Source: the human T2T-CHM13v2.0 reference genome, Homo sapiens
Strand: one strand, 5' to 3'
Assembly: GCF_009914755.1 (NCBI RefSeq)
Contig: NC_060928.1
Length of the DNA stretch: 64,000 bases
Part shown: positions 32,490-50,501 of the stretch, one piece after another
Position numbering within the stretch: position 1 is the first letter of the stretch
Layout of the letters: each line of letters starts with the position of its first letter
Notes under the pieces: generated by a model
The model's input: only the letters and a program-made list of their open reading frames with translations
The model's database searches: none
What the model was told of the DNA's origin: nothing
Translations under genes and position numbers: made by a program

Positions 32490-33176
32490 CTGAACAAAAC
32501 ATAGGTAAGAGATGTTTCCCATTTCAAGTGGCAAAATTTCTAGTGATTTTGTGGTTTACAGAATTCAGTTGAGGTTTGTATAGTCATTCACAGAGCAAAA
32601 TATTCAAAGTAGTTATTTTTTGAGAACCATCTTTGGCAACATATAGCAGTTTTTGATTTCCCCATCTAGTAAAAGCAATGAGCTAAAGAAGTCCACCTTC
32701 CACCCCACCCCCAAATGAAGCCCAAATTAAACTGTTCTAAGTAGGCATTGAATTCAACATATTCATTTTGCTTAGGATTAATTTAGAATATTAAATTAAT
32801 GTGATCAGTATATCTTCTTTTTATGTTTATTTCATTTTCTTTTTGCCTATTAGAAATACTTTAAAAAGGCAAACTCTGTAAATCCTCAATCTTTAAAGGA
32901 GCCACATCAGCATCAGCTTTAAAAGAACATCTTTTTTTTTATTGTTAAATGAAGCACCTGTTAATATTATTGTTGCATGAATAAAACTGTCTCTTCATAG
33001 CTCTTTATCTAAAAAAGACTGATTTGAATGAAGGTAAACATATGTGGATACAGATTTCCTTGATTTTTTAATACATTCATAATTTTGTTTCTTTTTTTCT
33101 CATTTTATATAACACCTATATTTTGATTAAAAAAATTATTTCTTCTTTAAAAGATACATTAAAAAACCTAACTTAT

Positions 33177-33330
33177 AACAAGTGTAAGTAATTTTTCTAG
33201 TTGTTAGGTTATAATGTTTTAACTTTAGTTTTTGTATAGTAAGTATGGATGCATTTTTCGCACCACAGAGTTGATCAAAATAACAGACTGACATAAGAGT
33301 TGGCTGTCTGATAATATTGTAACTTGTGAA
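33177..33330 (-). pseudogene. Possible exon (154 nt) with mutated donor
   Basis: Acceptor ttttacatgctcatttag; 51 open codons; ends at ataagt (possible GT>AT change). Confidence 0.4.
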
Positions 33331-33459
33331 CTAAATGAGCATGTAAAAGTCATGCTAACATTCATTTATTTGATAAAGTCTTCTTAAAGATTTTGAGGGC
33401 ATTGATAGTACAAATCAAATGCACAATTTAAAACTGAGATGGTTTTCTTATTTACTGAA

Positions 33460-33640
33460 GATCTGAACTTGGATATTAAAATCTCTCCTTTGCCATATTC
33501 TGCATGAAATTATTTCAGTCTCTTAACCTTACTTTTTCCATGTGTAAAATGATATTATTAATGTCTAATTTGTAGATTTTAGTTTTTAAAAAAGGTTAAT
33601 ATGTAAAAGTGCTTGATACATACTGTTTGCTTAATAAATA
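33460..33640 (+). mobile_element. MIR fragment
   Basis: cttaacct...tgtaaaatga...atgtaaaagtgctt...cttaataaat. Confidence 0.55.
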
Positions 33641-33844
33641 TATTAAACATACATTCTTTTTTACTTGGGTTGTACAAAATCATAATATCTTAGGTATGTA
33701 AAACACTTTTTGAGTTCTGGCCTAATTCAATATTTCTGGTGAAAATATGGGAAACTCCTTCTCCCTCCCTCCATCTTGGCCTTGCCCACCACAGAAGAAG
33801 AAAATATGTATTGAAGAACAGTAGCATTTAATTTTCATAACTTT

Positions 33845-33980
33845 TTCGTAAATGAGGATACCGGAAGTCACACAAAGTAAATGACTTACTCAAGATCACA
33901 TAGACAGGAAGGACAAAGGTAGGATTCACACCCGGATCTGTCTGAATCCAAAGGTGAATTATGTTTCATCATATTATGCT
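33845..33980 (-). mobile_element. MIR fragment
   Basis: aatgagga...aaatgacttactcaagatcaca...ggattcacacccggatctgtctga.tccaaag. Confidence 0.7.
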
Positions 33981-34529
33981 TTTTATCATAGCTTAGAGAT
34001 TTTTCTAGCATGGAACATTATTTAGCAATATCTGTGTGATTAGGCATCTGCTTCCTAATTCAACGTTTTCATCTTCAACTAAGGTTTATTATTAAATATA
34101 AAACATTTAATAAAAGTCAAAACATTTGCTTGTTCAATTTATTTTAATTTATATTTTTGCCTTGCCATAAAAAATATTAAAGAAGGCTTAAATTTGAATA
34201 TACTTGCTATACTACCTTTTAATTGGTGATATTTCAAATTTAATAAGCAAACTGCACTATGAAGACAGGATATAAGAAGATTTAGGCAATTGGAAAGATT
34301 CTTTATCTTGTTACACTTTCGGCATTTTTTTTTTTTTTTTTTTTTGCCAATTCTCAATGTGAATAAATTTACAACATGTGAAGCATCAAAAGACTTATAA
34401 AATCTTGAGTCTTGTCTGAAATTAGCAAATTAAAATAAATATATGTGTTGAAAGAAAAGTCCTGTCTTGCAGATGTTTTGGATTAGAATGAAAATGGACA
34501 CACACATACACATGCATAATTGTTAACTT

Positions 34530-36845
34530 TCATTTGAAATAAAATTTAACTTAGCAAAACTAACAAGAAAAAATAAAATAATTGAATATCTATATTCTAT
34601 TAAGGAATGTAAATTTAAACAAAAACATTCCACAAAGAAAACTCCAGGCACGGAAAGATTGGCAGGTTAATTCTATCAAGCATTTGGGGAAAAAACGAAA
34701 AAGTAAAAGCAACATTACACACTCAGAAATTAAGGAAGGAAACACTTTCCAATGTGTTTCATGAGGCAGCATATCTCTGATACATAAACCTGATAAAGAC
34801 ATAACAAAGAAGAAATTGCAGGTTTTTTACCACTACAAACATAGTTAAAATCCTTAAAAAAAATTCCAAAGTTGTATTCAGAAATACATAATAATAAATC
34901 ATAATGGAGCAGAGTTTGCTATAGGATTGAAAAGTTGGTTTAACATTTGAAAATCAACTCACTAATTCACCATATTAATAGAATAAAGGAGAAATAACTT
35001 AATAGGCATTAAAAAAAAGCCTGACATGACACTCATTTATGTTTTAAAAAGGTAAGACTGGAAGAGAACTTCCACACTTTTCTGAAGGGCATTTATGAAA
35101 ACCTTACAGCTAGCTAATTTATTGTTACAGATGAATCACTGAATACTTATTCCCAGCAGTTGGGAACAGGCAAGATCTCTTCCTACTCCTGTACTCAACA
35201 TTGCATTAGAATTCTTATGGTAGTGTAATTTAGCAGAAAAAAAATAAATATGATACATAAATATTGGGATACATGAAGTAGAATGATAATCATTTGCAGA
35301 TTACGTAAGTGTGTTTTTAAAATCACTAAGAAATTACAAAACAACTACCCAAGGCTACAAGATAGAAGATACACACACACACACACACACAGCATTCGGA
35401 ATAGATCTAGAGTAACCAAAATAACCTGGATAAAAAAAAAAAAGTTTGAATACTTAATATGATTTGATTATTTTTTATAATGCTACTGCTTCTAGTAATA
35501 AAGTCATGTGTTATTGCCGTAAGAATATTTCAGCAAAACATAATGAGTAGAGATATTTATCCACACACGTGCAGTCAATTGTTTTTTGACAAAAACACTC
35601 AGGCAACTCAATGGAAAAAAGAAGGCCTTTTTAATAGAAAATTCTCAAATTACTAGATATTTGCATAAAATATGTAAACCATATGCTTTCATTTTATTTC
35701 ACACATAAAATTAATTTGGGATAAATCACCAACCTAACCTAAAAACTGGAACTGTAAATCTTCTCAATTTGGAAGTAGGCAACGATTTCATTGGCAAAAA
35801 ATAAGAAGCATCAAGCATGAAAAAATTGATGACATTTCTTCTCAATAAAATTGCAATTAAGCATATGAATAGATAAGAAAAAGAGTCGGGAAAAGTAATC
35901 GATATTTAATAACTGTCAAAGAATTTTTATCCAAAATATTTAAACAACTTTTATGAGTAAATATGAAAAAAACAACACATTAAAAAATGGTCAAAAGACT
36001 TGGGTCGTCACCTTAATGTGAGTATGAAAAATATGCTCAATGCTAATATCATTAGACAAATGCAAATTAAAACCACAAGATAAGGTTTTGCACAACTACA
36101 ATGGCTTTTAGACACACACACATACATGCACACATGCACACACATTAACAATACCAAAATTTGGCAAGGATGTGAAACAATTGTAAACTATAGCTCCCAT
36201 ACACCACGTTTTGTGGTAGGAAAAATGTATGTGAAATAGTACAACAATTTTAGAGAAGTGTATTTAATATCTGTCAATCCTAAAATCAAGCAACCCCATT
36301 CCCAGATATTTGCCCAAGAGAAATGAAATCATATGTCCACCAAAATACTTACACAAAACTATTCATATAGCACATTTAATTCATATTAGCCAGTACCTGC
36401 AACAGCTCAAGTGGCCCAAAATAGAATGGATAAATACATTATCTTATATTCATACAATGAAATACTACACTGAAAGGCAAAGCAACAAAAACGAATGCAG
36501 GCAAAATGTGGATGAATCTAAAAAAGTCTATATTGAGCTAAAAAAGTCAGATATAAAAAGTATATATCATATATATGGTATATTCTGTATGTATGTGATC
36601 TGATTTATACGGAATTTGTAAAGTAGGCAAACTATTGTGATAATTGAAATTAGACTGTTGTTGCTTTTGGGTAGAAGTGGGAATGATTGAAAAGGAGTGT
36701 ATGGGAAATTTGGGAAATAATGGGAAAAGTCAGTATCTTGATTTGAGTAGTGGTTACATAGGCTTATAATACAATTAGCAAAACCTATCAAATACTATAC
36801 TTAAAAACCTCTCCATTTTATTTTATATACATTATAATTCAAATA
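34530..36845 (+). mobile_element. Ancient L1M (L1MD/ME-like) ORF2 to 3' UTR
   Basis: Degenerate sense ORF2 (cacaaagaaaactccaggc, gaggcagcat, aaatgcaaattaaaaccaca) and 3' UTR. Confidence 0.8.
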
Positions 36846-37200
36846 CAACTGATAAGAATTATAGAAAATGTGGACAATATGTACAATTTTATACATTATA
36901 TATATATACATATATATATATGTAATGTTTCCCTTAAATTTTACCTCTTAATCGGATTACTGTGGAAATATATTCTTAAAAGTATTATTTGTATGTATCA
37001 GTTGCAAATCTGACTTACATTATTTTAAGTGGTGTAAGATATTAGGAGAAGTTTGTTATCTAATGTACCTTGATCACTAATTTATATTACAAAAAGTAAT
37101 ATGTTCCAATCCATATTTCTTATTGGTTAAATCAGTTCTACTGAAAAAATTTTAAATTCTATGCTTCACAAACAAAACAGAGAGAAATGTATTTGAATAC

Positions 37201-37292
37201 TGAAGGCTACACTGTGTCTATTTCCAAGGGGCTAATAAGATTTAAGACTTCAAAGATTCAGTCTTGTGGTCAAGAATAAGTGATGTGGATGC
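37201..37292 (-). pseudogene. Candidate exon (92 nt): ASTSLILDHKTESLKS*ILLAPWK*
   Basis: Acceptor gcttatcatttcttag, donor TCA|gtattc; LL.PW resembles the end of RGS22-type RGS domains as I recall them. Confidence 0.5.
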
Positions 37293-37535
37293 CTAAGAAA
37301 TGATAAGCCATGCCAGGAGACTGGAACATAAATTTGAGGCTGAATGACTGCAATTTTCCAAACATATTTTCTGTTTATCACAAAGTTTCATAGTAGTTCC
37401 ATAACTTTTCCCTCCACTCGGTCTCTTTAAAATTCTACTGAACTTCTGAGTAAAATTGAGAATAATTTGGTCCACTGAATACTATGGCAACCCTCCCACC
37501 AAAATAAATAAAATGAAAAATTTTTCTTTCTTTTC

Positions 37536-37651
37536 CTTGCTGTTTTCTAATTATTTTATCTTTGATTATGCTTCAAAAGCCCCCTATTTTCTCGGAAATG
37601 GAATGTTGTATATCTTCTTAGATTCACTTTGTTTGTAAAAGGGAGGAATAT
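37536..37651 (-). pseudogene. Candidate exon (~116 nt): IPPFYKQSESKKIYNIPF...LENSK
   Basis: Acceptor ccttctactttcag; donor probably decayed (AAG|gaaaag); KKIYN resembles RGS helix 5. Confidence 0.45.
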
Positions 37652-37874
37652 CTGAAAGTAGAAGGTAATTATTTACATTAGAAGCAGTGTTTTTTACTCT
37701 CTATGAAACTTCCTGCAAATATAATACTTAAACACTCTATAAAAGATTGCAAGTATACACAGCAAGTTTGTAAATTTTTATTTTAATATCTCTAAAGAAT
37801 GAGTAGATTGTAATTTTGTATTTGATAAAAATTATTGAGGCCTGAAATGCTTTTTTCCTACTTTAGAAATTTAA

Positions 37875-42402
<4,528 letters not shown>

Positions 42403-42879
42403 CAATATTTCTAACATATTAGAATCTATTTGATTTTTTAAATCTACATAAACTCGTGTACTAACAGTTATTTTATTTGTAAAACACTTTTTTTTCCTAT
42501 AGTATGTTGGACTTATCAATATTTTGAATATGTAAGTCTTACCCTTTGGAGTTTACTGTCCAAAGGGCAAACCTTATATATTTTAAATGTATAGCTTCTA
42601 ATGTTCTGATTATAGAACAGTTATGCATGGGATATAAGCAACAATTTGTCTTCCAAATATGTCATATTTGCCACTGTTTTCATGGATTATATGAAACCTG
42701 TGAATAATTGCTTTTGTGTATATTGATTCTTCAGTTACATTCAGTGGTGGTAACTACTTGAAAATATTTCTGATAACTAAGTTTGAAATTAGATTTTAAC
42801 TGTTCCTGTAAGTCCCTCATTCAGTGACTTATTGTGTAATGCTATTTTATTGCTTCTATACATCCTATTTCTTATGTAA

Positions 42880-43300
42880 TCATGCATGTAAGATTTAATC
42901 TTGAATCTTTGAATATGTGAACCTCACTTTATTCTACTCTCTTGATTGATAGTTTACTGTAGAATAAATTTGATTGGTTGAAAGTAATTTTCTCTCAGAG
43001 TTTTAAAGTCATTGTTCTATTATTTTATGGAATCCAACATTACTTATGAGAATAATACCAACCATTTCAATGTGTCTTTGTAAATAAGCTGTTTTTTTTT
43101 CCCAATGGGAGAAACTTAGGATCAACTCAATGTTTTTGCTGCTCTAGAAAGTCTAGAAAAATGTGGCTAGGTTTTTTACAACATACTATTCATTGAGATA
43201 CCAAGACAATTAATACTGTAAGTCTTCATCTCTAGGAAATTATGTTTGATTCTTACAATTGTGATAATTGTTATCCTTCGTTTTCTCTATTCCAGTGAAC
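42880..43300 (-). mobile_element. Ancient L1M fragment
   Basis: gatagtttactg.agaat...ggttgaaagtaattttctctcaga.ttttaaag. Confidence 0.5.
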
Positions 43301-44249
43301 GAAGTACCAGTGATGGTCACTGGGGAGGGAGTTTTAATCAACAGCACTAAGGTTCATGGTAGCTGCTTCAGTTTTTCCCAAATGATTACTTGAAAAATAA
43401 CTTTTGTTTTGTTTTGAAAGTGGGAAGTTTAAATTGGATGTTAGTGATTTTATTGAGGATGATGGAAGAGTGCAGTTGATGAGAATATTTTCATTTGATC
43501 ATCTTATTTTCAGCCTTTTTACTGTCTGTAATTTTTGATTTTTCAGGTCTGCCTCCCAACCCTCTAAGTGTATTTTAGGAAAGATCTATGCCCCCTTAAC
43601 TTCAGTCCTCTTCATAAATATTTCTGGCTGCAACTACTTGCACTGTGTTTTATTAGCGCATGCCTTTTTACATGCCTTCCAGAAATATGTTGGAATCTCT
43701 AGTCTGCTAATGACTACCAATTGTTCTTTTAATTTTAATAGCTTATAGCTCTTAAAACTGCCTTTAATCTCACCGTTTAGGTCTCATATGAGGAGAAAAT
43801 TTAAAAAATTATATTTTCTAGTCCATATTCTTCAACCGCTGTTTCCTTAAAATGATTCATTGACACAAAAAATGGCATTTGGATATGCGAATGGATTCCA
43901 TCAAAGCCTTCAAAATGGGAGGTCTGGCAAACAATTTATTTTTTCTTACAATATATACCTATTCCCAAAAGTTATTTGACTACTTTGTTTATATATTTTG
44001 TGCTTATTTGACTATTCTATTCCTTAGCCTACTTTTTCTTTACCCACTCTTCTCTTGCCTATCTCATAGCCTATTTCAGAAATATGTTTATGCAGATTTT
44101 TCATCTAAATCTTTTTTCCTGTCTTTTCCAGAGTATTTCTTCAGAATTTCACTTTCTTCTGAAGTAGCTTATTCACATATTTCCTAAATACCTTTTCTTC
44201 CCCCCCAAAATTATATTAATAACTTTTATTTAAGTTGTTTGTTTTAAAC

Positions 44250-44364
44250 CTGTTCCATTAAAAATTCCAAGGCTTTGTTTGTACTACTATGCAAACTCTA
44301 CTGCATATTACTCAGCAATATTGGCTTTAGCTGATTATATCCAGCAATGAATGCTTCTTCACCT
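44250..44364 (-). pseudogene. Candidate exon (115 nt): KHSLLDII(fs)KPILLSNMQ*SLHSSTNKALEFLMEQ
   Basis: Acceptor gtttatgtcttag, donor CAG|gtttaa; SL.DI...P......LEF.LE fits the RGS N-terminal half. Confidence 0.5.
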
Positions 44365-44439
44365 CTAAGACATAAACTGTTTTCTGCAGAAAGGCCTTAC
44401 ATCAGATGGACAGAAAGTCTCACAACTTTCTGTACCTTA

Positions 44440-44629
44440 CAGTTATGGTTCTCCAAATGCAGCATCGTTCAAAGTCACCTGAAGAACTTGGTAAAGCACT
44501 GGTTTTTAGGTCCAATCTTGTAATTTCTGATTCAATAGGCCTGCATGAAAGCCAAGAATTTCCATTCCTATTAAGTTCCTAGGTAATTCTGATACTGCTG
44601 ATCTGAGAGCTGTAGTATTAGAACCATTG
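44440..44629. mobile_element. MER5A
   Basis: tggttctc...tcacctg...ttctgattcaatagg...aggtaattctgatactgctg...agaaccattg. Confidence 0.75.
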
Positions 44630-45231
44630 CCTGGAGAACCACTATTCCATTGGTAAAAGGGTAACTCACATGTCCTTACTCTGAAAGATGGAAAGATTTA
44701 TAGAAAGTCCAAACAAGTCAATAGTTTCTGAAAGCACTACCTTGTATAATTATGACATGCTAATAATTTTGTAGGTAGTCAACATAAAAGAAAGATGTTT
44801 GAGGAGGATATAACAGAAAACTGGGTTTATTTATATGTCTGTTGGCTTTACCAATATCTCACAGTCTTGGGTAAACTGATCAAAGCACACATAAGTTCTA
44901 ACTCTAATTTTTGCAAATACTATAGATTCTAAAGAGAAAAACAATGAAATGATTATGAATCTCATCCTCTTTGTCAGCATGCGTGTGTATTGTCTACCTG
45001 TATGCCCAATATTTATGAGTTATTATGTGCTAATATGAAAGAAATATTTATTAAATGTGCTATGTTTAACAAAATAATGCAGTTCTTCCCTAAGCAATCA
45101 CAAAGTATGTATCATTGGCTGAAATACAATCAGATTTGTCAATTTTCCATTTTGTATAGTAGTGACATATGTGCTACTTATGGAAGAATAAAGATAAATT
45201 ATAAAGGGATTTTTATTAGTAAAGAATAAAC

Positions 45232-45330
45232 TTGCAAAGTTTCAGATTTATATTTTTTTTTCAAAAACTGACTATATCTTATGCTTTAACTTTTAAGAAA
45301 TGTTAGATAGCATTGACAAATGTCTACTTC
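45232..45330 (-). pseudogene. Candidate exon: EVDICQCYLTFLKS*SIRYSQFLKK
   Basis: Acceptor ttcaaactttcag|G; Y..FLKS is the RGS C-terminal signature (DSYPRFLKS); donor uncertain. Confidence 0.5.
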
Positions 45331-46447
45331 CTGAAAGTTTGAATTAATGAAAACTGTTTCTTGACCATATATAGCCTTCAAATAGTCTTCAGAGGTGTAT
45401 ATGGGTTGTGTGTGTGCGTGTATATGTGTGTGTTTGTAATGATGTAGTGAATACAGAACACTTTTTAAAGTATTAGAAACAATAAAAGGGTGCATTAGAA
45501 TGGATGGCATCTGCATCATATATATCACAAGCTTTTAATATCTGATAATCAGTATTTTTATTATGTCCAGTGTGATAATAAAATGAATCCTATGTTGTTT
45601 GTTAATTACCTTTTGTAAAATATCATTTTACATTATACTATCAGCATTTTTATGCCATCAAATATGCTTCTGAAAAATTATTTTTATTGTGTCATATGAA
45701 GGTGGCACAAATTTAGCTTGTCCCTCAATTAATGGGAATTTAAAAAAATTTGTTTTCTAAGAGGGAAATTGCCAAGTTAAAGTGTATAAATATATTTATG
45801 GCTCCTAATAATTTTTTTATAAAGCCATTATACTCCTACCTGAGGTTTCATTTTACATTTTAAAGTATGCTTGTTACATAAATAGTCTATGGTTATTTAT
45901 ATTTTTACCAATTTGGTAGGTAAAATTATAATATGTTATATAGTTTTAATCGGCATTTTTGTAACTTTGTTTGGAATAGAAGTTTTTAACATCCTTTTTT
46001 GCTACTTGTATTTGAAAGTGAAGAATAAAGCAGTTATGGCTTTAGTGGGTATAATCTATCCTGTCAAAGCAGAAAAATAATTACTAAAATTTTGTAAAGG
46101 TTATTTTTATACTATTTTCCTATTTTAAATCTAAAGATATGGGGTAAATACATGCATTATTGTTATAGTTACTTTTAGTATTTTAGATTTACAGACATTT
46201 CTCTTTCTCTTTCCTTTTTTCTCTTCTACTTTGTATGCCCTTAAGAATGACTTATTTAAACTCATTTGTCAAAATCAGAATTAGTGCATAAATAGTTCTA
46301 TGGATAAGAAAAACTCTGTTTTATATGTGATCCAAAATGCAATATATGAATGTTATATTGCCTAGAATAAACGTTCTTAATTTTTTAGGGAATGGAACTC
46401 ATTATGAAACATACAAACATGTTTACCTGTTTGACAGTTTACCATAC

Positions 46448-46495
46448 CAGAATCGTTTCTTTTGCAAATTGAAGTATAATGAATTAGTACAATCT
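46448..46495 (-). pseudogene. Candidate exon (48 nt): DCTNSLYFNLQK(fs)ETIL
   Basis: Acceptor tctctgtgttctcag, donor CTG|gtatgg; restoring one A in an A4 run gives LYFNLQKETIL|EVDI in frame. Confidence 0.55.
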
Positions 46496-46840
46496 CTGAG
46501 AACACAGAGATATCACATGAGAATGAAATCTACAGCATTTAACTTTCAGATTTATTCTTTCACTTATTCTAGGTGTATATATATCATTTGTAAAGTGAGT
46601 GACTCTTCACTTTTTAAATCTAGGAATAATATCAGTTTTTTTTTCAGGAAGAAACTTCCTCCAGTCAACTCATTACTAAATATTTGTGTGAGTGTGTGTG
46701 GGCTCGTGTGGGTTTGTGTGGGCTTGATGTGCTTTTCTCTTAGTTGAATAACAGTATCAGTCCTATAAGCATGTAATGATACAAGAAGACAACCAAAAAA
46801 GATCTGGAGGCATCCTTGTTATACAATTAGACAAAGAAAA

Positions 46841-46887
46841 TGTGTGTGTGTGTGTGTGTCTGTGTGTGTGTGTGAGAGAGAGAGAGA
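46841..46887. repeat. (TG)n(AG)n compound microsatellite
   Basis: Direct inspection. Confidence 0.95.
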
Positions 46888-47023
46888 AGGAGGGAGTATT
46901 TAACGAGTAGCTTCTAAAATTTTGAGATGGGATAGATTAAATGGAGCTAAATGTTGAATTTATAATTACTAAATATCTATGTAATTATTAAAGATAAAAT
47001 TTAAAATAAAAATAGGGCATAGT

Positions 47024-47151
47024 CTTTTTTTATTATACTTCAAGTTTTAGGGTACATGTGCACAACGTGCAGGTTAGTTACATATGTATACATGTGCCAT
47101 GTTGGTGTGCTGCACCCAGTAACTCATCGTTTAACATTAGGCATATCTCCA
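47024..47151 (-). mobile_element. Very short L1PA 3' end (~125 bp)
   Basis: ttattatacttcaagttttagggtacatgtgcacaacgtgc; no TSD evident. Confidence 0.9.
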
Positions 47152-47849
47152 AAATGGAAAGCTAAAATAACCTTTACATTTTAAGAAGTGACTGAATTTT
47201 AGTTTATGATTGACTGTCTTCTAGCGGTAGAATTGACATAGTTCAGAAAGGGAGCTAAATGTGCCTCCACTGTGATAAGAAATGGGAAGAAAATAGAAAA
47301 AGTAATTGCTTTAGCAATGATCTAGTATGAAAGTGATGGATTCTTTCAGGTAGAATTTGGTAGGCTTTCAGTGGCTGGCACATTCTTCGGAGCACTCAAT
47401 GAGGTCAAATATCTCAGTGTAGGAAGGTGTAAACTGTTTAGAAACCTGCTACCATCCAACAAATTGAAACTGAACTGATGTTAGTGTAGCTGTGCACTAA
47501 GGCATGTTTTTCTGTGTCCATGAGTATGAGATGAAGAGGGACTATCTCTTAAAGATTTTTCTATCTGATACTCTTCAGGATCTAATGAGATCAGCCAGCT
47601 ACAGATAAACAAACTGATGCTGAACCTGCAATTGGCCATCTCCTCTCAGCTAACCCATTTGTCTTTAGCTGTTCTCACAGAGGGAATGACAGTGCATTTA
47701 TTTAGGGCAAAAGAAATACCTATTTTTATATAACTATTTGAGAAAAGAATCAAGATGAGTCAATAAAGATGTAGCAAAGTTTGGCTTTTGGATCCGTCCT
47801 GTTTTGCTTCTCTGGCCAGCTACACACGTTTGGGGAACTAATCATTTAC

Positions 47850-47889
47850 TTTGACAGAGTTTCCTGCATCACACCTTCTACTGAATTTT
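47850..47889 (-). pseudogene. Candidate exon (40 nt): NSVEGVMQETLSK
   Basis: Strong acceptor tactttttgcttttttag, donor AAA|gtaaat; phase 2 joins the next exon. Confidence 0.55.
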
Positions 47890-48346
47890 CTAAAAAAGCA
47901 AAAAGTATTTTGTCCTCCAGCATTCAAACACCAGGTGGTCTAATTTTTGCCTGTTGGCTCAAAATATGTGTTTGGAGATTTTCTCCCTGACCTGAATCGA
48001 TCCTCTAACTGACAGAGCAATGTAAATCTTGGACATAAACAACAAAGAGTGTGTTTCTACTGGCAAAGACAGTGTAAATTATGGAGGATTTATGTACTAT
48101 GGTAATAAATTAAGTTCCTACAAGTGCTTTTGTTTGAATAGAAATATCAAAATCCCAAGGCCTGTTGCTTTAGACATATACGTGATTTTTTTAGTCCAAC
48201 TTTGATTATTAGCTTATATCCCTTTACTCCCCTGATGCTTCATTCATTTCAGAATTAGTACTTGGGGAATCTCCTACTTCAGTCCCAGAAGAAACTGGGT
48301 TAGTCACAGATAGTTCTTCATAGCATGCTTCTTCTCACAGTGGTAC

Positions 48347-48444
48347 CAACGAAGCATGGCAATGCAATACATTTTGTCCTCCAAATCATCAGCCATGAAA
48401 ATTGGTCCTTAATTTTGTCTTTACTTTCCATTATTTATATAAAC
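48347..48444 (-). pseudogene. Possible exon (~98 nt), frame and donor unresolved
   Basis: Acceptor tacttttcttatag|G; donor TTG|gtacca or AAT|gtattg. Confidence 0.4.
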
Positions 48445-49039
48445 CTATAAGAAAAGTACTTGTTTTATAAGCTTGATGTCATTTCGTGTAGTGTGTACTA
48501 GAAAAGTATTGCCTTCCAGGTAAAAGAGAAGAAGAGTTTGTTTCTTTTTTATAGTAGTACCTAATTGTATTTCAGTTCTGGAGTGCCCACATATTCTGTA
48601 GCTTTGAAAATTACTTGGCAAATCCATTTTCAGATTATGTATACTGATTATGATTTTTACAAGGTTTGGTTCTTATTTACTTTCAGTAATTTCCTTTCCT
48701 GTTAGAAAAATCTAAATATTGCTTTGTTCTTCTAAAGGAAACTCTTTAACCAATTTTCTCTGGAGGATTCTTAGTTTTCTGACATCTTTTTGAAATTAAG
48801 GACTAGAACCACACTATCTATTAGAAGTACATATATTCTATGTATGTAGAGATAATGTTTTCTGATGTTTTCACTACTGTTTATTATTTCCATGGTTGTC
48901 ATCACTACAACAGAATCATCCATTTTAAATGAGCCTTAAGTTTTCTACTTATTAAATATCTTGTTTTTTGAATAAAAGGAACTTAACAATAGATTTTATG
49001 TTGTTCTATATAAAATTGTTCTCCAAAAATTCGCAAAAT

Positions 49040-49042
49040 TTT

Positions 49043-49073
<31 letters not shown>

Positions 49074-49335
49074 TTTTGAGACAGGATCTCACTTTTTCAC
49101 CCAGGCTGTGCAGTGGCGCAGTCACACCTCGCTGCAGCCTGGACCTTAAGCAATTCTCTCATCTCAGCCTCCTGAGGAGCTTGGACTACAGGTACACTCC
49201 ACCACAACTGGCTAATTTTTTTGTATTTTTTGCTGAGACAGGGTTTCAACATGTTGCCCAGGCTGGTCTCAAGCGATGCACCCTGCTTAGCCTCCCAAAG
49301 TGTGTGACTAAAGTTATGGGCCACTGTGCCCATCC
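49040..49335 (-). mobile_element. AluJ with (TTTA)n tail and internal deletions
   Basis: gagacaggatctcac, catgttgcccaggctggtctc; highly diverged. Confidence 0.9.
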
Positions 49336-49479
49336 AAATTTTTACTTTTACATAGGTAATACCACCATAAGTTCAAATATTAAAAAGCATAAATTCATGC
49401 CAAGCCATTAGTTTTGCACCAAACTGTGTGACCCAAACACCCAATTCCTCTTCCAAAATTGGTATAGATTCATATGCAA

Positions 49480-50090
49480 ATACTAATTTTCTATCCTTTC
49501 TAAATTGAAATTATATATGCATTGTATTGCACCTTTCTTCAAGTGTTTAATATGTTTTGGATAACAATCTTTTATTAATCTTTTATTCCTAAAGAGTTCC
49601 ATATTCTTTTTATGGCTGTGTATTATTTCATTACATGGATATGCTATCTCACCTAAGTCTTATTGATTGATAGATAAGGCTTTCCTAATATTTTTATATT
49701 AAAAACAATGATTCAGTGAAACACTGTGTACATGTCCCTTCACATATGTGCAAGTATAAGAAAAAAATAAAATCTCAAAAGTTAAATTGTTTGATCAAAG
49801 GGTAAATGCATTCATATTTTGCCAAATTGCCCTCCAAAGGATTTGTACCAATGTGGACTTAGCCCGGTGATATTTGAGAGCACCTGATTTCTACATACTC
49901 ATTAAGTGCCCTAACAAATTTGTAAATCTTTATTATTCTGATAGGTAAACATGTTTTCTCTCTTAAATAATTTGTAGCATCCATACATGTTATTTTCTTT
50001 GAACTGTTTACATATTTTTATCATAATATTTCATTGTGTTCTTTTTATCAATCGTAGACGACCTTTATTCATTGAGGATAATAGATCTCT
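49480..50090 (-). mobile_element. Ancient L1ME fragment
   Basis: ttctttttatggctg..., gatcaaagggtaa, gccaaattgccctccaaa. Confidence 0.65.
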
Positions 50091-50420
50091 ATGAGATTGC
50101 TTTATTCTGCTTTCTTAAACACATTCAGAAATTATGATCAAAACATGAATGGTTTGAAATTATTACAATAACTCAGATTGTTTTTGCAGAAATATTTCAT
50201 ATTTTGTGCTTCTCCTCATGTTTTTTAAATCTCATTTCTGTTTCTACACAAAAGGTTCATAGTCTAGTACAATTATATTAAGAGGTGGTATTTGGTAGCT
50301 ATATGAAGAAAGTTGTGGGTGATGAAATCAGTGATAGCATAGTGACTAAACATAACTGAATTGCCTAACTCAAAGTTTAATCCAATTTTTGAATAAGTCA
50401 AGTAGTAGTATCTTTCTCAC

Positions 50421-50490
50421 CTGCACATTTGGAATTCCCATGTTTCAGGCTTCTTTTGTCATTGTATTTTATTTCCTAATTCAGTAAAAC
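50421..50490 (-). pseudogene. Possible exon (70 nt): FTELGNKIQ*QKKPETWEFQMC
   Basis: Donor CAG|gtgaga; acceptor caattacag lies 11 nt from an MLT1 LTR. Confidence 0.4.
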
Positions 50491-50501
50491 CTGTAATTGA
50501 A

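Noticed and set aside
37400-37476. Possible extra exon reading GPNYSQFYSEV
   Set aside because: Weak splice sites; the flanking exons already join in phase without it.
46337-46747. 136-aa plus-strand ORF (also 43879-44187 and 63128-63610)
   Set aside because: AT-biased composition and no recognisable domain; they overlap antisense pseudo-exons or repeats.
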